Positions 29,053 through 36,291 of a stretch of 64,000 bases of DNA are shown in pieces. The DNA comes from Thermoplasmata archaeon (GTDB lineage Archaea; Thermoplasmatota; Thermoplasmata; Lutacidiplasmatales; UBA184): assembly GCA_035502455.1 (NCBI GenBank), contig DATJUI010000011.1, positions 15,951-79,950 on the forward strand, in the 5' to 3' direction. The translations under genes were made by a program, and so were the position numbers. Each line of letters starts with the position of its first letter. Position 1 is the first letter of the stretch. The notes beneath the pieces were generated by a model, which ran no database searches, was not told the DNA's origin, and was given only the letters and a program-made list of their open reading frames with translations.

Positions 29053-29099
29053 CCGCCGCCGGATAGCCTTATCCCCGACCCGACGGTCCCGCTCTTCCC

Positions 29100-29717
29100 A
29101 TGGAGCCGTACTCCGCCCTCCTCGAGCGCGCGCGGGCGAAGCTGCCGCCGGTGCGCACCGACTCCGAGCGGTTCCAGGTCCCCGAACCGGACATCATGAC
29201 GGACGGGAAGAACACGGTCGTCCGCAACTTCCAGGAGATCTGCGGGGTCCTGCGGCGGGACCCGGACCACGTCATCGGGTACCTCGCGAAGGAGTTCGGC
29301 TGCCCCGGCGTGCTCGACCTGCCGCGCGCGGTGCTCAAGTCGCGCCTCGCGAAGGACGCGATCGCGCAGCGGCTGCGCGAGTACACGACGAAGTACGTGA
29401 TCTGCTCCGAGTGCAAGCGGCCCGACACCCACCTCGTGAAGGAGGGGCGGCTCACGCTCCTCGTCTGCGAGGCGTGCGGCGCGCAGCGTCCGGTCACGAT
29501 GCGCCGGGTGGTGGCGCCCGAGAAGCCGAAGGCGCCGGTCGTCGTCGGCGAGGTCTACCGGCTCACGATCGAGGACGTCGGACGGCGCGGCGACGGCGTC
29601 GCGAAGCGCGAGGGGTTCGTGATCTTCGTCACGGGCGCGAACCAGCGCGGATCGACGGTCAACGCGAAGGTGACGAAGGTCCTCGGCAACAACGCTTACG
29701 CGGTCGTCCAGCCGTAG
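29100..29717 (+). CDS. eif2b: Translation initiation factor aIF2 beta subunit fused to C-terminal TRAM domain
   Basis: aIF2beta core with zinc ribbon CSECK..CEACG. About 65 extra C-terminal residues (GEVYRLTIEDVGRRGDGVAKREGFVIFVTGANQRGSTVNAKVTKV) match the TRAM fold consensus. Confidence 0.85.
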   Translation: MEPYSALLERARAKLPPVRTDSERFQVPEPDIMTDGKNTVVRNFQEICGVLRRDPDHVIGYLAKEFGCPGVLDLPRAVLKSRLAKDAIAQRLREYTTKYVICSECKRPDTHLVKEGRLTLLVCEACGAQRPVTMRRVVAPEKPKAPVVVGEVYRLTIEDVGRRGDGVAKREGFVIFVTGANQRGSTVNAKVTKVLGNNAYAVVQP

Positions 29718-29726
29718 CGTCCCGCG

Positions 29727-30695
29727 ATGCGCAGCGCTCGGTGGCTGGGCCTCCTCGCCCTCTACGTGGGCGCCCAGGCGGTCGGGCTCGCGCTCGCCGA
29801 CCCGTTCCGGTCGGCCGGGCTCGCCTCGACCTCGAACGCCCAGAGCGTCGCGGCGCCGCTCGAGATCATCGTCCTGATCGTCGCCGCCCCGCTCGCGATC
29901 CTGTTCGTCGCCCGGCGGCGCGGCGGGCTCGTCGCGATCCGCCAGCTGATCCTGCTCGCCATCGCGGGGGCGCTCTACTTCACGCTGTTCGCCACGTTCT
30001 CGCTCGTGCTGCCGCCGCCGTACCTGCCGCCCCCGTACGGCGCGGAGCTCGTGCTCTATCCCGCGCTCGTCGCCGCCGGCACGCTCAGCGCGGCCCTCTA
30101 CCTCGCGCTCCTGATGGAGCCGCAGTGGTACATCGTCGACCTCGTCGGCTTCCTGGCCGCCGGCAGCCTGATCGCGATCCTCGGGATCTCGTTCGCGATC
30201 CTGCCCGCGTTCATCCTGCTCGGCGCGCTGCTCGTCTACGACGCGATCGCGGTGTACGGGACGAAGCACATGGTGTCGCTCGCCGAGGTCGTGACCGACA
30301 TGAAGCTCCCGATCCTGATGGTGATGCCCGACTCCGCGGGGTACGACTACACGGCTGCCCCGTCGCTCGCCGTGCAGCGGACCCAGCCCACGGAGGAGCG
30401 GGCCGCCATGTTCATGGGGCTCGGGGACGTCGTGATCCCGGGGACGCTCGTCGCGTCGGCCCTCGTCTGGCTCCCGAGCAGCCCGCACGTCCTCGGGCTC
30501 GGGGCGAACCTCGTGCTCGCGCTCGCGACGCTCGTGGGGTCGCTCGTCGGGTACGGGGTGCTGATGGGGCTCGTCCTCCGCGGCAACCCGCAGGCGGGCC
30601 TCCCGCTCCTCAACGGGGGCGCGATGGTCGGCTACGTGATCGCGTACGTGCTCGTCTTCCGGTCGTACGGCTTCGGCTTCTCCGGGGCGCTTTAA
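29727..30695 (+). CDS. Presenilin/signal-peptide-peptidase homologue (GxGD intramembrane aspartyl protease, A22 family)
   Basis: Nine or so TM helices. Catalytic motifs LLVYDAIAVYG (YD) and MFMGLGDVVIPG (GLGD). PLL lies where the PAL motif is expected. Confidence 0.65.
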   Translation: MRSARWLGLLALYVGAQAVGLALADPFRSAGLASTSNAQSVAAPLEIIVLIVAAPLAILFVARRRGGLVAIRQLILLAIAGALYFTLFATFSLVLPPPYLPPPYGAELVLYPALVAAGTLSAALYLALLMEPQWYIVDLVGFLAAGSLIAILGISFAILPAFILLGALLVYDAIAVYGTKHMVSLAEVVTDMKLPILMVMPDSAGYDYTAAPSLAVQRTQPTEERAAMFMGLGDVVIPGTLVASALVWLPSSPHVLGLGANLVLALATLVGSLVGYGVLMGLVLRGNPQAGLPLLNGGAMVGYVIAYVLVFRSYGFGFSGAL

Positions 30696-30717
30696 CCCGG
30701 CGCGCCTCCCCGGCGAC

Positions 30718-31683
30718 GTGCCGCGGAAGGTCGAGGACGTCCGGGTCGACGACCGCCCGTCGCTCGACACGCTGTTCCGCCGGCTGGAAGCCGGCGGCGG
30801 CTTCAGCGCGAAGGGGGTCGCGGACGGGGTCGACCTCCTCGCCCGGATCCTGAAGGACCGGGAGATGACGACGTTCCTGTCGTTCCCCGCGGACCTCGTG
30901 GCGACCGGCACGCGGGGCGTGCTCGCGGGCCTCGTGCGGGGCGGGTTCGTCGACGCGATCGTCACGACCTGCGGGACGTGGGACCACGACCTCGCGCGCG
31001 CCTTTCGGCCGTACTACCACGGCGCGTGGGACCTCGACGACGTCGACCTTCACCGCCGCCGGCTCTACCGGCTCGGGAACGTCGTGATCCCGCAGGCGAA
31101 CTACGGCGGGATCGTCGAGCGGAAGATGCGGCCGATCCTGGACCGGCTGTGGCGCGACGGCACGCGGTCGATCTCGAGCGCGCTCCTGTCGCGCGCGATC
31201 GGCGCCGCAATCCCCGCGACCGACCGCACGAGCATCCTGCGCGCGGCGTACGAGCGCCGCGTGCCGGTGTTCGTCCCCGGGTTCACCGACGGCGCCGTCG
31301 GCTCGCAGGTCTGGCTGTTCTGGCAGGACCACCGCGCCCTCACGCTCGATCTGCTCGCCGACGAGCAGGCGCTCAGCGACCTCGTCTTCGAGGCGAAGCG
31401 CGCGGGCGCGATCCTCCTCGGGGGCGGCATCTCGAAGCACCACACGATCTGGTGGAACCAGTTCCGCGACGGGCTCGACGCCGCGCTGTTCGTCACGACC
31501 GCCGTCGAGTGGGACGGGAGCCTCTCGGGTGCCCGCACGCGCGAGGCGGTCTCGTGGGGCAAGGTGAAGCCGACCGCCCGCCACCTGACCGTGGAGGGCG
31601 ACGTGACGCTGCTCCTCCCGTTGATGGTCGGCGCGGCGCTCGAGCGGCTCCCCCGGCGCCGCGCTTCCCGAGAGCTTATCTAG
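30718..31683 (+). CDS. dys: Deoxyhypusine synthase
   Basis: 321 aa. DHS motifs (TTCGTWDHD, GGGISKHH). Catalytic Lys region AVEWDGSLSGARTREAVSWGK. Confidence 0.85.
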   Translation: MPRKVEDVRVDDRPSLDTLFRRLEAGGGFSAKGVADGVDLLARILKDREMTTFLSFPADLVATGTRGVLAGLVRGGFVDAIVTTCGTWDHDLARAFRPYYHGAWDLDDVDLHRRRLYRLGNVVIPQANYGGIVERKMRPILDRLWRDGTRSISSALLSRAIGAAIPATDRTSILRAAYERRVPVFVPGFTDGAVGSQVWLFWQDHRALTLDLLADEQALSDLVFEAKRAGAILLGGGISKHHTIWWNQFRDGLDAALFVTTAVEWDGSLSGARTREAVSWGKVKPTARHLTVEGDVTLLLPLMVGAALERLPRRRASRELI

Positions 31684-31711
31684 CGCGTCCCGAGTGGCCC
31701 GACCCGTCCGT

Positions 31712-31785
31712 GGGCCCGTAGCTTAGCCCGGTAGAGCAGGCGGCTCTTAACCGCAAGATCAGGGGTTCGAATCCCCTCGGGCCCG
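31712..31785 (+). tRNA. tRNA-Lys (anticodon CUU)
   Basis: Hand-folded cloverleaf. 7-bp acceptor GGGCCCG/CGGGCCC, D-arm, anticodon loop CUCUUAA (U33, CUU), T-arm AGGGG-TTCGAAT-CCCCT, discriminator G. No encoded CCA. Confidence 0.85.
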
Positions 31786-32124
31786 TCGATTCTACCACGT
31801 GCGCCTCCACCGATCCGTCGATCCACTCGCGAAAGAGCGCGAGACCGGTCGCGAAGGAGGAACGGGCGGGCGGGTCGCGCCCCTCCGGGCCGCGACCGGA
31901 ACCACGACTCGACGTTCGGGTCGGCGCCCGCGACGGGTGGCATGCGGGAGGCGAACGCCCCACCCCCCGAAGGCCCCGGCTCTCGCTGCGGAGCTCCGCG
32001 GCGCCCGCCGCTCCTCGAGTGCAGGCCAGGCTTGGACCGAGGGCACGGATCCGGCCGTTCCGGGTCGCACGGCGCGCGGGCCCGACCGGGGCGGTCGAGC
32101 GGCGGAATCGCTTCCGCCGCGTAC

Positions 32125-32625
32125 TCACGCGGGGCCGGCAGGAGGGGATCCCCGTCGTGCGAGGTCCTCCCGAAGCGAGCGGCAGAGGGCCGCGATCTGG
32201 ACCCGGTCTCCTCGAGGCGCTTCGGGCCACTCGGCGAACTTGAGGCGCCAGTACGGCTCGGGCAAGGATGCGTAGCGGGAGCCGAGCACCAGGTGCACGT
32301 GGCGAGGACCCTCGTTGAACCCAAAACAGTACGTCCACGGAGCCCCCGTTCTCGATTCGAGGACCTGGCTCAGCGAGGCGAGCAGCGTTCCGAGCCCATC
32401 CGCCTCGCCCGCGTTCAGCTGGCCCAGGCTCGGTACGTGCCGCTTCGTCTGAACGTGGAGCAGGCCGAGCGCTTTCGTGCCGTCCTCCCCCAGCTGATGC
32501 GAGGCGAGGAACGCGTCGCTCTCGAAGACCACCAGGTCGCGGAACGTATCGACCGTCCGGACGCGCTGACAGAAGACGCAGGCCGCTTCCGACGCCGGCA
32601 GCGGCTCCGTGGAGAGCGAGGGCAT
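32125..32625 (-). CDS. HIT-family (histidine triad) hydrolase
   Basis: 166 aa. N-terminal CVFCQ motif. Histidine triad variant PRHVHLVL. Confidence 0.6.
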   Translation of the reverse strand: MPSLSTEPLPASEAACVFCQRVRTVDTFRDLVVFESDAFLASHQLGEDGTKALGLLHVQTKRHVPSLGQLNAGEADGLGTLLASLSQVLESRTGAPWTYCFGFNEGPRHVHLVLGSRYASLPEPYWRLKFAEWPEAPRGDRVQIAALCRSLREDLARRGSPPAGPA

Positions 32626-33109
32626 GGTTCCGTTCCTCGGGGAATCGATGCGCTCGGTCGACCATCATCTTTGGACCGCCCGCGGGCGGTCGAACCTTCC
32701 GCGGCGGTCCGTCGGCCCATCGCGGGCCCGACCGGCTTCGAAACGCGGGTCCATCGACTCGGGCTGCCGCGGTGGCCCGGCCCGACTGCGCTCCGGGCGC
32801 TGAGGAGGGGGATCGGATCGACGAGCGAACCGAGGAGCGGACATCCCGGCGACCGCTCCGACCCGAGGAGGACGAACGCCTCGGCGTCGCTCCCCGAAGG
32901 CCTCCTCCCCGGTGGGCTCGGTCGCTCCGCGGCGGTCTTCCTCTCGGCGATGCGGTTCGACACTTTCCCGGAGCGTGCGCGCCGCCGCGCCGGACCCGGC
33001 GTGGGCGCCGTCCGACCGGCTCCGCCGACGCCCGGCCGCGCGCGGGACGCGTCGCGACCGGTGGGCGACGGGGATACGTAGCGGCCCGAGGTGACGGAGG
33101 GACGGGTCC

Positions 33110-33814
33110 ATGCGTCCCCGGACGGTCTTCCTGGACTGGGGCGGCACGCTCGCCCAGCCGCCGCTCGAGTTCCGGGAGCCGTGGACCGTCTGGCGACGAG
33201 TCCTCGCCGCGCACCGGCACCCGGTCGCCGAACCGCGGCTCCGCCGGGCGCTCGATGCGACGACCCGCGAGCTCGGCCCTCGGATCTACGACTACCTCGG
33301 CCGGACGCCCGAGTACTGGCGCGTGCACGACCAGCGCGTGATGGACCTCCTTCGGATCCGGGAGTCGCGCGGTCCGATCGAGGATGGTATCCAGCGCGTG
33401 TTCGACGACCCGTCCCTCGTCGTCCTGTACCCCGAGGCGCGGACCGTGCTCACGGCCCTGCGGGACCGGGGGTACCGGACCGGGATCGTCTCGAACCACC
33501 ACGAGGGGCTGCTTCGGGTGGTGGACCACCACGGCCTGCGTCCGCTCGTCGACACGGTCACGTTCTCCCAGGAGGCGCGGGCCGAGAAGCCGGATCCCCG
33601 GATCTTCGCGCTCGCGCTGCGCCGGGCGGGATGCGCCGCATCCGAGGCGGTCCACGTCGGCGACTCGCTCCGGGCCGACGTCGAAGGGGCCCGCGGCGCG
33701 GGCCTCCGACCGGTCTGGTTGAACCGGTCCCGGTCCGAGGGGTCCCCGGGGTGCCCGACGATCGCCTCCCTCGACGAGCTGCTCCCGCTGCTCGACGCGG
33801 GCGGACCCCCGTAG
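33110..33814 (+). CDS. HAD-superfamily hydrolase, subfamily IA
   Basis: Motifs LDWGGTL (DxG), VSNHH, and hVGDSLRADVEGARGAG (motif IV). Confidence 0.75.
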   Translation: MRPRTVFLDWGGTLAQPPLEFREPWTVWRRVLAAHRHPVAEPRLRRALDATTRELGPRIYDYLGRTPEYWRVHDQRVMDLLRIRESRGPIEDGIQRVFDDPSLVVLYPEARTVLTALRDRGYRTGIVSNHHEGLLRVVDHHGLRPLVDTVTFSQEARAEKPDPRIFALALRRAGCAASEAVHVGDSLRADVEGARGAGLRPVWLNRSRSEGSPGCPTIASLDELLPLLDAGGPP

Positions 33815-33892
33815 CCCCGCGCTCGGTCCCCGCAGGACCCGCCCTCCCCCGGCCGGGCCAAGCCATTAGTAGCGGGGTCCCAGTCTCCCTCG

Positions 33893-34729
33893 ATGGCCTC
33901 CCCGGAGGTCGCCGAGCTACTGTTCGAGATCGCGTCGCCGGTGCGGCTCGGCATCCTCGAGGCGGTCGCCGAACGGCCGCTCAAGCACGCCGCGATCGCC
34001 CGTCGGCTCGCGATCACCGGCTCGGAGACGACCCGGCACCTCAATCGGCTCTCCGCCAGCGGCCTCGTCACCAAGGACGGGCGCGGCGAGTACTCGCCCA
34101 CGCCCCTCGGGACGGCGCTGCGGGCCGGTCTTCCGTTCCTCGAGTTCGTGCAGGCCCGGCGCGCGTACCTGCGCACCCACTCGGTGGCGGCGCTCGAGCC
34201 CCGGTTCGTCGCGCGGATGGGCGAGCTGCGGGCGGCGACGCTGGTGCAGGGCACGTACCCCGTGGTCGCGGCCCAGGAGAGCGCCCTCCAGGCGGTGCGG
34301 CGCCGGATCTGGGTCGTCAGCGAGCTTCGGTTCGACCGCGCGATCCCGTTGTTCCGCGAGAAGACGCAGCACGGGACCGACGTGCGGGTGGTCCGGTCGC
34401 ACGCGCATCTCGAGGCGGAGAAGCGGGACGACCGGGACGTGCTGCGGAACTTCCCCGTCCGGTCGCTCCCCACCGTTCCCGTGTTCCTCGCGGTCCTGGA
34501 CGACCAGGCCGGGCTGTGCCTTCCGACCGGCGACGGCGCGGGGGACCTCACGTCGATGCTGCTCGTCACCGACCCCGTGGGGTTGCGGTGGGCGGAGGAG
34601 CTGTTCCTCTCCTTCTGGGAGCGGGCAGTGCCGTGGTGGACCCCCGCCGGCCCGGCGCTCGGGTCGCCCCCCGAGCCGGCGCGCCGCGGGAGCGCCCGGT
34701 TCACTCCGCCGCGGGGCCCGCGGCGCTGA
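33893..34729 (+). CDS. Winged-helix (ArsR-like) transcriptional regulator with C-terminal sensor-like domain
   Basis: N-terminal wHTH (LGILEAVAERPLKHAAIARRLAITGSETTRHLNRLSASGLV). About 190-aa C-terminal domain of unknown function. Confidence 0.55.
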   Translation: MASPEVAELLFEIASPVRLGILEAVAERPLKHAAIARRLAITGSETTRHLNRLSASGLVTKDGRGEYSPTPLGTALRAGLPFLEFVQARRAYLRTHSVAALEPRFVARMGELRAATLVQGTYPVVAAQESALQAVRRRIWVVSELRFDRAIPLFREKTQHGTDVRVVRSHAHLEAEKRDDRDVLRNFPVRSLPTVPVFLAVLDDQAGLCLPTGDGAGDLTSMLLVTDPVGLRWAEELFLSFWERAVPWWTPAGPALGSPPEPARRGSARFTPPRGPRR

Positions 34730-35837
34730 CCGAGTGGATCCCGGGGAACTGGAACGGCACGAGCTGCCAGCGCTTGCCCGCGTCCGGGCTCACGAACAGC
34801 TGACCGGTGGTCGTGCCGACGTAGATGCCGGCCGGGTCGAGCCGATCGGTCGCGATCCCCTCGCGCTGCACCCCGAAGTGCCCGGGGAAGGCAGTCGGCG
34901 AGACGAGCGTGCGCCAGCGCTTCGTTCGATCGTTCCACTCGTGGACCTGGAAGTGACCCTCGCCGGTGACCCGCGCCATGCCGTCGAGCCGGACGAAGTA
35001 CGCCCGGCCGGGGGCACTGGGCGGGGACGCGACGCAGAAGCCGAAATCGTCGCCGAGAGGCTTGCCGATCCGCGTCCACTTCTCCATGCGGTCGTGGGAG
35101 ACGTACATCCCGCCGTGGTCCTGGCGGTAGAACGTGTCGGGATCGGCCCCGTCGGCGGCCACGTGGTGGACGCACTGGCCGGTCTCGGGGTGCTTGTTCG
35201 GGAGGAACGGCGCGAGGACGCCCTTGTTGGTCGGCTTCCACGATCGGCCCCCGTCGTCCGAGCGGAAGGTCCCGACCGCCGACATGCCGATGTAGAGGCG
35301 CCGGGGGTCCCGCGGATCGAGCAGGATCGTGTGGAGGCAGGCTCCACCGGCGCCCGGACCCCACTCCTTGCGCGCCGGGTTCTGGTTGACCCAGTCGATC
35401 GCCTCCCAGCTCGCCCCCCGGTCGGGGCTGCGGAACAACAGGTGCGGGTCGGCTCCGAGGTAGACCGTCTCGGGCTCCGACGCGCGGCCGGGTTCGATGT
35501 GCCAGAGGTTGTTGAGCGGCCGGGGCACGGCGGTCGTCGGGTCGGCGTCGTTGAACATCCCTTCCCGGTCCTTGCGCGGCGGGGTGAGGGGCGTCATCAT
35601 CTCTTTCCAGCTCTTGCCCCAGTTCTGCGACCGCTGGACCTGCGGGCCCCAGAAGGCGCTGTTGACGGCCGCGTAGAGGTCGCCGGGATGGCGCGGGTCC
35701 GCCACCACGTGGTAGATCTCGTAGCCCTCGTGCGCGACCGGCCCGACCTTCCACTTTCGGCGGGCCGTGTCGCCCGTCACGATGTACGTCCCCTTGCGCG
35801 TGCCCACCAAGATCCGGACCGTTCGGTCGCTCGCCAT
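34701..35837 (-). CDS. BNR/Asp-box repeat beta-propeller protein (sialidase/Ycf48-like fold)
   Basis: Repeated S-x-D-x-G-x-T-W/F Asp-box motifs (SPDRGASWEA, SDDGGRSWKP, SHDRMEKWTR, SPDAGKRWQL). Start chosen at MASDRTV, with GGAGG 8 nt upstream. Confidence 0.6.
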   Translation of the reverse strand: MASDRTVRILVGTRKGTYIVTGDTARRKWKVGPVAHEGYEIYHVVADPRHPGDLYAAVNSAFWGPQVQRSQNWGKSWKEMMTPLTPPRKDREGMFNDADPTTAVPRPLNNLWHIEPGRASEPETVYLGADPHLLFRSPDRGASWEAIDWVNQNPARKEWGPGAGGACLHTILLDPRDPRRLYIGMSAVGTFRSDDGGRSWKPTNKGVLAPFLPNKHPETGQCVHHVAADGADPDTFYRQDHGGMYVSHDRMEKWTRIGKPLGDDFGFCVASPPSAPGRAYFVRLDGMARVTGEGHFQVHEWNDRTKRWRTLVSPTAFPGHFGVQREGIATDRLDPAGIYVGTTTGQLFVSPDAGKRWQLVPFQFPGIHSVSAAGPAAE

Positions 35838-35850
35838 CTTTCGTTCCCTC

Positions 35851-36120
35851 CTAGCCACCTGCAATCGAGTGGAGGATATCGATGTTCTGGGCGCCGGTGA
35901 GGGGCGTTGCAACGCCCGTGGAGGCGCTCACGTCCACCCCGTCCACGAAGACCCGGACATACCGACGCAGCTCGCCCCGCTCGTCGCGGATCTTGAACCG
36001 CAACCGCGGATAGCGTCGCTCGAGTTCGTCGAGGAGGAGGGCGACCGACGCGGCCTCGATCTCCTCGTTGCCGCGGGGCCCGAACTCCCGCAGCCAGCTG
36101 TCGAGGTGGACCTTCAGCAT
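35851..36120 (-). CDS. MoaD/ThiS-family ubiquitin-like small protein with C-terminal Gly-Gly (SAMP-like)
   Basis: 89 aa from MLKVHL. Beta-grasp pattern. Ends ...LHSIAGG-stop, as small archaeal modifier proteins and sulfur carriers do. Confidence 0.6.
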   Translation of the reverse strand: MLKVHLDSWLREFGPRGNEEIEAASVALLLDELERRYPRLRFKIRDERGELRRYVRVFVDGVDVSASTGVATPLTGAQNIDILHSIAGG

Positions 36121-36291
36121 CGCCGGTTCCGGGGCCGCCGCTAGCAAGGCATCGGACCCCCATTACCGACGCGGGGGGGGCGGCGGGGCCCGCGGCCGAG
36201 CGGCGTCACGGTCTCCCCAGCCGGGCCGCCCCGCATCAAGGTACCGTAGGCTGCCTCCGAAGCCGTTCGGTTCGGGCCGAATGTCCCGGGC

